This document shows positions 1 to 10,423 of a DNA stretch of 64,000 bases, piece by piece. A model generated the notes under the pieces. The model searched no databases. It was given only the letters and a program-made list of their open reading frames with translations, and was not told the origin of the DNA. The stretch is from an uncultured Gammaproteobacteria bacterium (GTDB lineage Bacteria > Patescibacteriota > Patescibacteriia > Magasanikbacterales > GCA-002688135): contig CAZHVT010000001.1 in assembly GCA_964536205.1 (NCBI GenBank), forward strand, positions 5,944 to 69,943, given 5' to 3'. The stretch's first letter is position 1. Each line of letters opens with the position of its first letter. Both the position numbers and the translations under genes were made by a program.

Positions 1-112
1 TGCAATCCGGAATTGAAGTCAGCACATCTGATTTATCCGAATCAGGTTCTGACATTGTGCAAATAAAAAACCCCTCGTAAGGGGTGCCCGTGCATATGCA
101 TGGGTTTTTTAA

Positions 113-685
113 TTATCCCGTCAGAAAATCGAGTTCAAACATATCCTCATGTGAAACAGTAGCACGATCAAAACACAATTTTCGAGCGATGCATACTGAT
201 TCTTCTTTTTCATGAGTTCTCATCTGTGAAGCCCAAATGTTGAGCACTTTCTCAAACTTTGCATCAATCACACGAGCTTCTTCTTTTAGCTCTTCACTCG
301 ACATGCTCATGTTCTCGAAATAGTGACGCTTGATTGGATGAAAAAGGAAAAGACTATGAGGAGCGCTTGATCGAGTATCTGCTGCCATCAGCACTGTGAT
401 TGCTGCAGATGATGCCTCACCAGCAACATGAATCTCGAGTTGATCCGACCAGTTGAGTGTATGGCGAACTAGATCATGAAACGCAATCGCTACATCAAGT
501 GATCCACCAGAGCTCGAGAGAATTAATGTGACACTTTTTTCTGCATCTTCTTTGAATAGATCCCCAATTTCACGCACCACGCGCTCCATTGTTTCAGAAT
601 CAATCACTCCAATCCACAGCACGTGTCTTGCGAAACGATCAGCGGCATTCATTACCAATACCACGCTCTTTTTGAACTGCCACAC
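113..685 (-). CDS. ClpP-like protease proteolytic subunit (divergent, stand-alone)
   Basis: LSSSGGS, GEASSAA (catalytic Ser) and FLFHP (His) motifs of the ClpP fold; start uncertain. Confidence 0.75.
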   Translation of the reverse strand: MWQFKKSVVLVMNAADRFARHVLWIGVIDSETMERVVREIGDLFKEDAEKSVTLILSSSGGSLDVAIAFHDLVRHTLNWSDQLEIHVAGEASSAAITVLMAADTRSSAPHSLFLFHPIKRHYFENMSMSSEELKEEARVIDAKFEKVLNIWASQMRTHEKEESVCIARKLCFDRATVSHEDMFELDFLTG

Positions 686-846
686 TGAATATTATATTTA
701 TCTCGACTCATTTTTTGCTCCTATTTTCTAGTTTTTTGGTTAAAGGATTTATAATGATCGATGGGGAACATTAGCACTTCTTTGAATGTATGTCAATCCC
801 AAGATATTAAAAAACCGCCATTATTGGCGGCTATATAGACAGGTAC

Positions 847-1125
847 TTAATGAACGAGGTCTTCGAAAAAACCATAATCCTTACTATGCCTGATCAAATA
901 ATCACCATCTGACTCATGTTTGTCTGGCATATCAGATTGCTTGATCTCTCCTTCCACCCGCTTTTGAGAATGTATGTAGAATCGCCCATTTCGTGTTGCT
1001 TCGTTCAGCTGATCAAGCGCTTGTCTTTTGGAACGCAGTGCAAGCGGCAACCTTCTGTCGGATTCATCAATTAAATGCCAGTGATCTTCTGCACATCTTT
1101 CAAGTCGCGCATTTGATTGTGTCAC
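847..1125 (-). CDS. hypothetical protein
   Basis: 92-aa ORF with GGGAG RBS, upstream TTGACA and downstream hairpin terminator. Confidence 0.6.
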   Translation of the reverse strand: MTQSNARLERCAEDHWHLIDESDRRLPLALRSKRQALDQLNEATRNGRFYIHSQKRVEGEIKQSDMPDKHESDGDYLIRHSKDYGFFEDLVH

Positions 1126-1245
1126 ATTTTCTCCCTGTAAAGAACAGTTTTGAAACTACACTATTTTACTTAGTTTGTCAATCACCTTACATGCTATACA
1201 CTCCACGCAATGCACGGCCTGCCATGCACCCCACGCGGTGCATGG

Positions 1246-1950
1246 TCAACCCTTTGAGGCAAGAATGAATAAATTATGCCCCACATCTTGCGTCGCGCGT
1301 TTTCTATTTTTTATATAGTGGGCTTTTTTGATTTTGAATCCTGCTTTTTTTGTTAATTCAACTAATTCATCTTTTAAAAATACATGGACATAACGATTCA
1401 TGAGTAATGTGCCATCGCTGGCATACCATGGAATTGTCATGTCGGATTTTTGTAAATCTTTGTGAGAAAGTTTGAGGCGTTTCTTGTAATAGTTTGCATA
1501 GAGATTCCATGTGGTGATGATTGCCATTCCGCCAGGTTTTAAAACTCGGAAGATTTCATCGAGTGCTTGTTGTTGGAATTTCTCTGAAGGGATGTGATGC
1601 AATGTTGCGAGAGAAAATACCGCATCAAAATAATTGTCTTTGCAGGGGATTTCAAGAAGGTTTGCTGCGACAAATTTTGCACCATCCATTGCATATTGAT
1701 TTTTGGCGGCCTCTATGATAGTCTCGCTTTGATCAATCCCGATGTAGTCAGCTTTTTTTGCGAGTACATATGGAGCGAATCTTCCCGAGCCACAACCAAG
1801 ATCGAGTACGCGCCCTTTATAAGGAATGTATTGCGCGAACATGTCAGCATCTGCCCAAAACTTTGTGCGTGTTTCCTTAAAGTGAGAGGTTATGTTGTCA
1901 TAACCTACTCGTGTTTGTTCCATGATGTTCTGCGCTTCTTTCACATTCAT
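1246..1950 (-). CDS. class I SAM-dependent methyltransferase
   Basis: VLDLGCGSG motif I, LHHIP, RVLKPGG; start moved to MNVKEAQ because the upstream part is heptamer repeat. Confidence 0.85.
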   Translation of the reverse strand: MNVKEAQNIMEQTRVGYDNITSHFKETRTKFWADADMFAQYIPYKGRVLDLGCGSGRFAPYVLAKKADYIGIDQSETIIEAAKNQYAMDGAKFVAANLLEIPCKDNYFDAVFSLATLHHIPSEKFQQQALDEIFRVLKPGGMAIITTWNLYANYYKKRLKLSHKDLQKSDMTIPWYASDGTLLMNRYVHVFLKDELVELTKKAGFKIKKAHYIKNRKRATQDVGHNLFILASKG

Positions 1951-1960
1951 ATCGAATATA

Positions 1961-2086
1961 GTAACGAGTAAAGCGTAAAGCGTAAAGCGTAAGCGGTGTC
2001 GCCAAAGGCGACGATGTATAGATTGTCGCATTGCGACTCATTTTACGCATTACGCATTACGCTTTACGAATTACTCTTTACGCATT
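1961..2086. repeat. inverted arrays of 7-bp tandem repeats
   Basis: GTAAAGC repeats at ~1961-1995 facing TTACGCA/TTACGCT repeats at ~2043-2086 around a small hairpin. Confidence 0.75.
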
Positions 2087-2094
2087 TCTAACAC

Positions 2095-3846
2095 ATGTCC
2101 ATCAACAAACAAATCATCAAAGAATTAACCATGGCTGATCTCCATGACTTTCGTGATGTCGATAAAATTAAACACAGCGTATTGCGCGCGGCAAAAGGGA
2201 AGCAGCCGACTAAATCGGAATTACTCAAAACCTATCGCGAGATGCTGGATTCTGGGGAAGTAGAGAAATCTGCGGTGATTGAACGATTGCTGCAACGTGG
2301 TCATATTCGATCTCTCTCTGGAGTTTCCGTGATTACTGTTTTGACGAAACCTTATGCATGTCCTGGAAAGTGCGTGTATTGCCCAACTGAATCTATCATG
2401 CCAAAAAGTTATCTTTCTAATGAGCCAGCGGCACAGCGAGCGTTGCGCAATAAGTTCGACCCGTGGCTGCAGATTTCAAATCGGATTTGTATGTTGGAGG
2501 GAAATGGTCATGCGGTTGATAAAGTTGAGATGATTGTGAAGGGTGGAACCTGGAATGCGTATCGATATGATTATCAGTTGTGGTTTATTCGACGTTGTTA
2601 TGAGGCGTGTAATCGATATGGAACTTCTGATGCAAATCTTCCTGATGAGCGCGCGGATTTTAAGATGAAGGAGATTGATCCTGAAACAACTTTTACGAAT
2701 GTGAATTCTTTGGAGGTGATTGATGCGCCGAATGCGACCACTTCAGATGAGATTCAGAAATCTATTGAAATAGAAAAACAAAAATTGGCCGAAGCGATTA
2801 AAATTAATGAGATGGCGAAATATCGGATTATTGGATTAACTTTGGAGACGCGACCGGATTGGATTCGCCCAGAAGAAGTTGCGCGCATGCGTGAGATGGG
2901 ATGTACGCGCGTTGAGGTTGGCCTACAACACACTGATGATGAGGTTTTAAAATTAATAAAACGTGGGCACACCGTCCAGCAATTTAAGGATGGGATTTCT
3001 TTGTTGCGTGATGCGGGATTCAAAGTTGATTTGCATACGATGCCTCATTTGCCTGGTGCGACGCCGGAATCTGATATTAAGATGTATGATATTTTATTTG
3101 ATGATCCTGGATTGCGGCCGGATATGATTAAAATTTATCCGTGTACAGTTGTCCCACTTTCTGAATTGCAAGATTGGTATGATGAAGGAAAATTTACACC
3201 ATATCCAATTGAAGATTTGTATCGCGTTTTGAAAGAAGCGAAAAAACGTGTGCCTAAATATTGTCGGATTTCGCGTTTGATCCGAGATATTCCTTCTGAT
3301 TCTATTACAGCTGGGAACAAAGTCACAAACTTAAGAGAAATGCTTCAGAAAGATATGGAGGCTGATGGAGAGACTTGTGTGTGTTTGCGGTGTCGTGAAT
3401 ATGGTCGATCTTCAAAAAAATACGATGATTTACTTAAAGAAGAGCCGCAACTCTTTATAGAAAAATTTATTGCAGGGAATGGGACGGAGTATTTTTTGTC
3501 TTATGAGGATCCGCAGCGGAGATGTGTGTTTGCTTTCTTGCGATTGCGATTGCCATCATCGCAGGATGAGAAGATATTAGAATTGATGCCGGAAATTAAA
3601 GATTGTGCTTTTGTGAGAGAGTTGCATACATATGGTCATCTCGTAAAAATCGATGCGGAAGCTTCAGATTCAGATGTGCAACACAAGGGCTTCGGAAAGA
3701 AATTAATGAAAGAAGCAGAAAACATCGCCACAGAAAAAGGATTTAAAACGATGGCCGTCATCTCCGGTGTCGGCGTCCGCCAATACTACGAAAAACTCGG
3801 TTACCATCCCGGCGAAACATATATGCTGAAGAACTTGTCATCCTGA
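2095..3846 (+). CDS. elp3: Elp3-family radical SAM/GNAT tRNA U34 modification enzyme
   Basis: CPGKCVYCP cluster motif, KGGT, LETRPD, VRELHTYG, QHKGFGK, VISGVGVRQYY. Confidence 0.93.
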   Translation: MSINKQIIKELTMADLHDFRDVDKIKHSVLRAAKGKQPTKSELLKTYREMLDSGEVEKSAVIERLLQRGHIRSLSGVSVITVLTKPYACPGKCVYCPTESIMPKSYLSNEPAAQRALRNKFDPWLQISNRICMLEGNGHAVDKVEMIVKGGTWNAYRYDYQLWFIRRCYEACNRYGTSDANLPDERADFKMKEIDPETTFTNVNSLEVIDAPNATTSDEIQKSIEIEKQKLAEAIKINEMAKYRIIGLTLETRPDWIRPEEVARMREMGCTRVEVGLQHTDDEVLKLIKRGHTVQQFKDGISLLRDAGFKVDLHTMPHLPGATPESDIKMYDILFDDPGLRPDMIKIYPCTVVPLSELQDWYDEGKFTPYPIEDLYRVLKEAKKRVPKYCRISRLIRDIPSDSITAGNKVTNLREMLQKDMEADGETCVCLRCREYGRSSKKYDDLLKEEPQLFIEKFIAGNGTEYFLSYEDPQRRCVFAFLRLRLPSSQDEKILELMPEIKDCAFVRELHTYGHLVKIDAEASDSDVQHKGFGKKLMKEAENIATEKGFKTMAVISGVGVRQYYEKLGYHPGETYMLKNLSS

Positions 3847-3915
3847 ATGCTTTAGTCGAAGAATCTCCTCAAATTTTCTGCAATTAAAAAAATCCCGTTG
3901 TCCGGGATTTTTTGA

Positions 3916-4494
3916 TCAGCCTATGCGAATCATGAGCGCGACACTTCCGTTTCCGATAATACCATTTACGATTGGATGCACCAGCGCCATTGCACTTGTG
4001 TCATTCCAGTTCAGAATAATTCCCACAATCACCAAGCAATATGCCAAAACAGCTGTATCCCACGGCGGCGTTTTTTCTCTAAGCGTGCCATTCCATAACC
4101 CTACCACAGTAGGATAAAACGAAATGAGATACACAATTTGTAATAAGATATTTGCGAGTACGGCATTACCTGTTGTCTGCCACAAAATACCCACTGCAAG
4201 TGAAATGCAAAGCGAGAACTTTTCAATTTTTCCCACTCTCGCAAATTTTCCCTTTGCCAGAGCGTAGAAAAAAATCGTACTTAATCCGATAGTTGCAGTC
4301 AGTGTGATTGACCATTCAAACAAATTTCCGTCGACTACTGTGAAGTATGTCGCCGTGTTGATCAATCCAATCACTGTCCAAATCAGCCATGTCGCTGGAT
4401 TGGGAATAGATACCCCTTGCACGATCTGACGAAAATACATCACAATAACAAGGATCAAAACCACACTTGCCAGGGTTGAAAATACCTCTGCCAT
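3916..4494 (-). CDS. polytopic membrane protein (PQ-loop/SemiSWEET-like)
   Basis: about 6-7 hydrophobic helices, PNPATWLIW and YPT motifs, GGAGG RBS. Confidence 0.65.
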   Translation of the reverse strand: MAEVFSTLASVVLILVIVMYFRQIVQGVSIPNPATWLIWTVIGLINTATYFTVVDGNLFEWSITLTATIGLSTIFFYALAKGKFARVGKIEKFSLCISLAVGILWQTTGNAVLANILLQIVYLISFYPTVVGLWNGTLREKTPPWDTAVLAYCLVIVGIILNWNDTSAMALVHPIVNGIIGNGSVALMIRIG

Positions 4495-4589
4495 GAGCCC
4501 TCCTTTTGTAATGAGCCACCACAGAAACTACTTGAAAAATCTGTACTTGTCAATCCCAAATAAAAAACACCCAAACGGGTGTTGAAATT

Positions 4590-5423
4590 TTATGTGTCGA
4601 GAATCGCACCATTATAAAACGTTTTGTTCCAGAATACGCGTTCCCAATAATCGCTGTTTGCGCTAGCTGGTTGAGATGTTCGCCATTCATATCGACACAT
4701 CCCACAATTACTAATCGCAAATTTTTTATCTTCACGATTCAAATCGGCCAAGAGAGTCTGTTCGTCGATATGTTCAATCTCGGCTCGCAACCCCATGAGA
4801 GACGCAAGATGACCAATAATCACCACATCCTTTTCGCCATATTGCGGAGTATAAATCCGCTGCAAAAATCCTCCAACTCGACGTACCACCTGCCAATGCG
4901 ACTCCCCCGTCATCGTCGGCAGATCCATCGCTATATCGCCGGTCGTCAAACCATTGTGCCTGAACTTTGTATAATCGCGATGTTTGAGCTCTAATAATCT
5001 CAAACGCTTAAATTGCATATCCCACGACTCGCGCTTATCAGGATCCAAATATAGAACGTTGTCACCCTGATCTTGTTCAGCAAGTGCTTTTGAATCCTTG
5101 CTTTGTCTTTTCACACGAGCTCGAATCCCATCATCTTGCCAGGCAGCCTGCATTAATTCTAATGTTTGCCGAACCCGTAACCAAGGACTGTAGAAAATGG
5201 TAATAAATCCCTTGGGGTACATTTCAGCAAGTGCATGCCCGGTAGCAATCGCCTGCTCTTTGCCCGCTGGCGTCAGCGGCACATGCTGTTCCTGCACGCC
5301 AATTATTTGATGTGGTACATCATCTAAACTCTCGAAATGAAAATTAGCACGCTGTGCTATGTTCCAATAATACTCACCATGCCGTAACAACGTAATGCTG
5401 TTTGGCCGATGCATTCCCATCAT
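4590..5423 (-). CDS. histidine phosphatase family protein
   Basis: LLRHGE, PLTPAG, SPWLRVRQT, GES and IIGH motifs; AGGAGG RBS supports start at 5423. Confidence 0.85.
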   Translation of the reverse strand: MMGMHRPNSITLLRHGEYYWNIAQRANFHFESLDDVPHQIIGVQEQHVPLTPAGKEQAIATGHALAEMYPKGFITIFYSPWLRVRQTLELMQAAWQDDGIRARVKRQSKDSKALAEQDQGDNVLYLDPDKRESWDMQFKRLRLLELKHRDYTKFRHNGLTTGDIAMDLPTMTGESHWQVVRRVGGFLQRIYTPQYGEKDVVIIGHLASLMGLRAEIEHIDEQTLLADLNREDKKFAISNCGMCRYEWRTSQPASANSDYWERVFWNKTFYNGAILDT

Positions 5424-5498
5424 GATCACAGCCTCCTTGTGGTCTTTCACACACTTCAATGAACGAGGTCAGAGATTACCATGACACTGGATTGCGCG

Positions 5499-5939
5499 TC
5501 AATACTTTGCCTTACCAATTGCTTTCACCAACTTCTCCGGTTCATCAGTTCCTAACATAAAAGTTTTACCGTCGGATTTTTCGATGAGAACAGCATGACG
5601 TCCGGAAATATTATACAGCCATCCTCTGCGTGTGAGATGAATCCCCCATCCTTCAATTATTTTTGTTTTCACTGCTTTAGCACTTATAATATCCGACAAT
5701 ATCACTCGTTTCTTTATGAGAGGAATCGGACCGAAATTCCAGATAAGTTCATGATCTGTGATTCTGATGGTTAATGTGGAAAATATCAACGCTAGGAATA
5801 AAAATAATATACCCTCAACCAACAACACTACCCGCGCCGTATCATCTTGCATCAACAAAGCCGTTACAAAAATACCCACCGCAACAAGCCCCAGCGCGAT
5901 CATGATCACATAACCTTGTTGTGTGTGCCTGTATTTCAT
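5499..5939 (-). CDS. membrane protein, two TM helices plus soluble (bPH-like) domain
   Basis: two N-terminal TM segments, GWGIH..GWLYN, LGTDEPE. Confidence 0.7.
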   Translation of the reverse strand: MKYRHTQQGYVIMIALGLVAVGIFVTALLMQDDTARVVLLVEGILFLFLALIFSTLTIRITDHELIWNFGPIPLIKKRVILSDIISAKAVKTKIIEGWGIHLTRRGWLYNISGRHAVLIEKSDGKTFMLGTDEPEKLVKAIGKAKY

Positions 5940-6181
5940 CTGTATGTATTATCATTTCTTTTTTCTAATCTCAATACTTTTGTCTTCTCACCGATTACTC
6001 GATATATAACTCTGACTTTTCCTTTTCTTACTCGATATATATCATTCCTTCCTTTTAATTTTTTAACATCCAACCCGCTTAACTGATTTTTTTTTATACG
6101 AATAAGGAGCGTTTTGCATACACTCCTTTCTTTTTCAGACATCTTGGCCAGGATTTTCTTAATCTTTTCCATATACAGCAC
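5936..6181 (-). CDS. RelE/ParE-family toxin
   Basis: small basic protein with KKLKG..IYRVRKGKVRVIY, directly downstream of an antitoxin. Confidence 0.85.
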   Translation of the reverse strand: MLYMEKIKKILAKMSEKERSVCKTLLIRIKKNQLSGLDVKKLKGRNDIYRVRKGKVRVIYRVIGEKTKVLRLEKRNDNTYR

Positions 6182-6397
6182 TTAGAGCAATGCTAGTATA
6201 TCATCGATGTCTACTCCTCCTTTTTTAATTTTTGTAAAATCAGCAACCATCTCCCAATTGCTTTGTGAATCAGCTGCAGATAATCGAAAAAGTGGTTTAT
6301 TTTTTCTCATTACTATGAATGTTTGGCCCTTAGTGATAAGCTTCGCAAATTTGTCTACATCTTGTCGCAACTCTTTGAGTCCTATGATGTTTTCCAT
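6182..6397 (-). CDS. Phd/YefM-family antitoxin
   Basis: IIGLKELRQ..GQTFIVMRKNKPLF N-terminal domain, acidic C-terminus. Confidence 0.85.
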   Translation of the reverse strand: MENIIGLKELRQDVDKFAKLITKGQTFIVMRKNKPLFRLSAADSQSNWEMVADFTKIKKGGVDIDDILALL

Positions 6398-6409
6398 ATT
6401 TTTTGTAAG

Positions 6410-6433
6410 TAAGATTATCTTAAGGTTATCTTA
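6410..6433. promoter_or_regulatory. putative TA operator (two overlapping palindromes)
   Basis: TAAGATTATCTTA and TAAGGTTATCTTA between the -35 (TTGACA, minus strand) and the antitoxin start. Confidence 0.6.
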
Positions 6434-6482
6434 TGCTACATTGTTTGTCAAACAAAAAACCCACCGATGTGGTGGGTACGAT

Positions 6483-7211
6483 TTAGAGCGATAATCCACA
6501 CATTGCGAGAGCTCCGAGCGTGAGACCGTCGTCAAGTTCGCCTGCTTCCACAAGCTGACGGATTTCCGACATGGAGTGCAATTTGCTTCCTCCAATCAAC
6601 TCAGTTTCTTCTGGAGATGCATCGCCGATGGATTTGATTTTTGCATGGACGACATATTGTGCATGCGCGAAATATGCAGAATCCATCATCAAACGTCCAA
6701 CAATGCGTGCTCCTGCGATTTCGTATCCTGCTTCATCGAGAGCTTCCATCTTTGCTGTTTTAATGACAAAGTCTTCGATCGATTCGTTGCCTTCAGCGTC
6801 GGGATTTGGTGGAATTTGTCCACGTGGGCATTCCCATCGCCATTGACCCAGCGATGCAACAAGCTCTTCCCACAGCTGATTTTCATCAATATATTTGATG
6901 TAATCTGCAGCATCACCCTCAAAAGGCAGCCTCTCTCCCGTCATTCGGTAATTGCGAATGAGCCCTACGCGATCGCCAACCTGCGCGATTACAATCGACC
7001 CCGCAGTTTCTGCGATGATGATCCGATCAAATGACGGCTGAAACTCACCATCACGAAATCGTTCTTCCATGAGACGTAGCAGAGCCCAGCCGCGCTTGTT
7101 GTGAATCCCACCCACTCCTTGCGAGTTTGGACCCCATCCAATCACTGATGCAGCCTTCACAAAATGATCTTCTCCCAGCAGCACTACCCTTCCGGGTCTT
7201 TCTTCGGTCAT
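6483..7211 (-). CDS. NUDIX-fold hydrolase (ADP-ribose pyrophosphatase-like, divergent)
   Basis: WECPRG...TAKMEALDEAGY degenerate Nudix box, C-terminal GELDDGLTL; start approximate. Confidence 0.65.
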   Translation of the reverse strand: MTEERPGRVVLLGEDHFVKAASVIGWGPNSQGVGGIHNKRGWALLRLMEERFRDGEFQPSFDRIIIAETAGSIVIAQVGDRVGLIRNYRMTGERLPFEGDAADYIKYIDENQLWEELVASLGQWRWECPRGQIPPNPDAEGNESIEDFVIKTAKMEALDEAGYEIAGARIVGRLMMDSAYFAHAQYVVHAKIKSIGDASPEETELIGGSKLHSMSEIRQLVEAGELDDGLTLGALAMCGLSL

Positions 7212-7365
7212 TCTTTGTCCTTTTGCTCTTCCGAAGCAACACACTTCAGCGCCGCAACCTTAGAATAAAATGATCTAATTGTCAATCATTAGATTTGTGA
7301 TAAAAAAAGAACCCTGCCTCTCGCTTGTAGCGATATGACAGAGTTTCTTGTGCGATGACTGGGTG

Positions 7366-7716
7366 TTAGTTTGCTCTCTGAAAAGCGCGCAGCCGCTCTA
7401 CGAAATCTTTGACCGCCTGCCGTCGTCCAGCCTTGGTCATTGAGCCATCCTCACAGAGCAGATGATCGTCGTAGAACACGAAGTGATCTCGATCTCGACA
7501 CAATGCCGCTAGCTCATCATTCCGACACATCATCATCGATGAAGATCTCACCATCACCGGCCCGTTGTCGGGCACCGAATCCAGCGTACCGTGCCAGTCA
7601 TGCCTCTCAAGCACGATCCCCAACCCCTCAAGCATCGCCATAAGTACTGGCGAATGATTGAAAAGAGATCTGATGCCCACATAATCTGGAAACAGATATA
7701 CTTTTACTTTCATCAT
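7366..7716 (-). CDS. hypothetical protein
   Basis: GAGGAG RBS, own TTGACA promoter and downstream terminator. Confidence 0.6.
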   Translation of the reverse strand: MMKVKVYLFPDYVGIRSLFNHSPVLMAMLEGLGIVLERHDWHGTLDSVPDNGPVMVRSSSMMMCRNDELAALCRDRDHFVFYDDHLLCEDGSMTKAGRRQAVKDFVERLRAFQRAN

Positions 7717-7842
7717 TCTCCTCTTTTTTCATGCGTGAAATGACAGATTCAATACGGCTATAATAACACAAAAAAGCAGTTCTGTCAACAGTCTAGATGG
7801 CTGTAATTTTATATTTGCAATGATTGACATATATCTATTGAT

Positions 7843-8457
7843 TTGATAGATTCAAGCATCCTGAAATGGAAAGGAGGTGCAGAATTGTTTCACATCATAT
7901 TGCAAATCTGGGGCGGTGGATTCTATCTCCTCAACAAGATCTTTTTCTCACAAGCTGAACGAAGCAAAGATGACGTAAAACAGAAATGGCTTGTTCGTTC
8001 ATGGGCAGTTTATCTGATTGGTCTTCCTGCATGGCTCGTGATATTCGTACTTGAGCGAAACTGGATTGTTTTCGCAGTAGAAGCTGGTGGCGCCACAGGC
8101 ATGGTTCTCGGACTCATGATTGCCAAACAAGGAATTGGAAATGAACCCAAGTGGCTGGATTACATTACACGCGTTGCGGTTGTAATGGGCATCGGCGTGA
8201 GTCTATATGACTTTGGTGGCATCACAACGATCAATCAAGTTCTCGAATTAGGTACCATTGTTGGATTCCTTTTCGGGACATACTTGCTTGCCAAACAAAA
8301 AGCTTCGGGCTATCTATGGTTTATTCTCATGAATGGATCAATGGGGACCTTGCTGGCAGTACAAAACTATTTTTGGCTTGTCCTTCAGCAAGCATTGTCT
8401 CTCATATTCGTACTCGATGCCTATCGCATGAACAAGCGCAATAAAGCACATTCATAA
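7843..8457 (+). CDS. membrane protein (PnuC-like)
   Basis: multiple TM helices with an internal repeat, GTYLLA..GYLWF; AGGAGG RBS suggests a slightly later TTG start. Confidence 0.6.
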   Translation: MIDSSILKWKGGAELFHIILQIWGGGFYLLNKIFFSQAERSKDDVKQKWLVRSWAVYLIGLPAWLVIFVLERNWIVFAVEAGGATGMVLGLMIAKQGIGNEPKWLDYITRVAVVMGIGVSLYDFGGITTINQVLELGTIVGFLFGTYLLAKQKASGYLWFILMNGSMGTLLAVQNYFWLVLQQALSLIFVLDAYRMNKRNKAHS

Positions 8458-8524
8458 TCCATCCTGCGCGGTGGATTTTTTATTTACCCAAACAAAAAAT
8501 CCCCTTTCGGAGATCTTTTGTATA

Positions 8525-8597
8525 AGCAGGTGGCGGGAATCGAACCCGCATCGTCTGCTTGGAAGGCAGAAATAATAAGCCACTATACCACACCTGC
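8525..8597 (-). tRNA. tRNA-Gly (TCC)
   Basis: GCAGGTG/CACCTGC acceptor stem, anticodon loop CTTCCAA, GGTTCGATTCC T-arm. Confidence 0.95.
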
Positions 8598-8808
8598 GTG
8601 AGTTGTTGTGGCAGTAGAATACAACATATTAAAATAAACGTCAATAAAAAAAGAAAGGGTATGCGCATCTTGCACATACCCTTGCCCTTAGGCTTCGTCT
8701 AGCTCTCGCTCGATGTCGAGTTGAGGCAGTGCTTCACGATCGTCCTTATCGACCGCACGCTCAAGGAGTTCCAATCGCTTCCATATATACAACATTATAT
8801 TTCCCTTC

Positions 8809-9933
8809 ATGATATACTTTCCATGCATGAAATTCACCGTGATGTCACACATTTATAAACAAGCTATCAAACCCCTTCTTTTCCGTATGGATCCTGAATC
8901 TGCACATGACAGGTTCATTCGCATGGGACATGTATTGGGGCGATATTCTGGCGCTCGCCATGCAACAAGCGCTTTGTTTAGATATGAGCACCCCAGTCTT
9001 TCTCAAAAGTTGTGTGGCTTGAAATTTAAAAATCCTGTTGGTCTTTCTGCAGGATTTGATAAAAATGGTGATCTTACGCAGATTATGGAACCTGTTGGTT
9101 TTGGGTTTATGCAGGTTGGCACACTTACACTTCATGCATACGCAGGAAATCCCAAACCGCGTGCTGTTCGATTACCACATTCTCAAGCGCTCGTGGTGAA
9201 CTATGGTTTAAAAAATATCGGGGTGGAGCACATTCTTCCCAAGCTTAACACGCATACTGATTTCCCTATTGGTGTTTCTGTTGGAAAAACTAATTGTTAT
9301 GAGACAGCTGATGTTAATGCGGGGATTTTGGACTATGCTTCTTGTTTATATAAAGTAATTCAGAGTGGGGCTGGAGATTTTTACACGATCAATATTTCAT
9401 GCCCTAATACTTTTGGTGGTGAGCCGTTTATTACATCTGATCGTCTTGATAGATTATTGACCTCCTTGTTTCGATTAAAAATTGAGAAACCTGTTTTTTT
9501 GAAAATGCCCATTCATCTTGCGTGGAATAATTTTAAACCCTTATTAGATGTTGCTGTTGCTCATGGAGTTGATGGAGTGATTATTGGAAACTTGTGTAAG
9601 GATCGACATTATCCGCTTATCAAAGATGCGTTGTCTCCTGCTGTGAAAGGTGGGATTAGTGGTAAGCCAACATGGGATGCATCTAACGAATTGATTTCTC
9701 AAGCATTTGAAAATTATAGAAATCAATTACTTATTGTTGGTGTTGGAGGAATTTTTTCTGCGGCTGATGCGTATGAAAAAATAAAACGCGGAGCTTCGCT
9801 TGTGCAACTTATTACCGGTATGATTTACGAAGGCCCTCAGCTGATTGGATCTATAAATAAAGGACTTGTGCAACTTCTGCGTGCTGATGGATATAAGAAT
9901 ATTTCTGATGCAATTGGTGCATACCATAAATAA
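8809..9933 (+). CDS. pyrD: dihydroorotate dehydrogenase, class 2-like
   Basis: NPVGLSAGFDKNG, GNPKPR, GGISGKP, GASLVQLITG motifs; start uncertain. Confidence 0.92.
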   Translation: MIYFPCMKFTVMSHIYKQAIKPLLFRMDPESAHDRFIRMGHVLGRYSGARHATSALFRYEHPSLSQKLCGLKFKNPVGLSAGFDKNGDLTQIMEPVGFGFMQVGTLTLHAYAGNPKPRAVRLPHSQALVVNYGLKNIGVEHILPKLNTHTDFPIGVSVGKTNCYETADVNAGILDYASCLYKVIQSGAGDFYTINISCPNTFGGEPFITSDRLDRLLTSLFRLKIEKPVFLKMPIHLAWNNFKPLLDVAVAHGVDGVIIGNLCKDRHYPLIKDALSPAVKGGISGKPTWDASNELISQAFENYRNQLLIVGVGGIFSAADAYEKIKRGASLVQLITGMIYEGPQLIGSINKGLVQLLRADGYKNISDAIGAYHK

Positions 9934-9967
9934 AAAACGACCTTTTTTCGAGTGGCCGTAAACTCGT

Positions 9968-10423
9968 TTATTTCAGTAATCGCGCGCGGATGTTCATCAA
10001 CCGCGAGCAGAATTCTTCCTCCGTGAGAACTGTCCTTTTCGGATCTGCATTGCCCATCGAGTGGGTCAGTAGTTGGTCACCTGTCGACAGCAGTGCGATT
10101 CGCCAGTGGACGTTTTTTGCGAGTGCATCAAACGCGCGGTCGAGAAGTTTTTGATATTCCTCGCCTTCGCGCTCGTATGCTACGCCATTCCACCACAATG
10201 TTTGCGTCGATTGCCACTCCAGGTTTTTTTGTCGCCCAACTTTTTTTGCCATGCGACCAACCAAGACGCACACCCGTTTCTGATCCAATGGATGCGGAAA
10301 TTTGAATGCTTGCAGCAATCCTTCCATCGACTGACACACCAAACCATCAAAGGTAAAGATGCGCATCGGAAAGTTGGAGAGTTCTGCCGCAGGTCCTGTT
10401 TGTTCCGATGATATGTCGATCAT
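9968..10423 (-). CDS. NADAR-family protein, phage T4 gp30.3-like
   Basis: LSNF, FDG..SMEGLLQAFK, TLWWNG, ALLST..LTHSMG, TVLTEEEF match my recollection of gp30.3-type NADAR motifs. Confidence 0.75.
   Translation of the reverse strand: MIDISSEQTGPAAELSNFPMRIFTFDGLVCQSMEGLLQAFKFPHPLDQKRVCVLVGRMAKKVGRQKNLEWQSTQTLWWNGVAYEREGEEYQKLLDRAFDALAKNVHWRIALLSTGDQLLTHSMGNADPKRTVLTEEEFCSRLMNIRARLLK

Noticed and set aside
1961-2086. CRISPR array
   Set aside because: Repeats are 7-mers without unique spacers; no cas genes in the window
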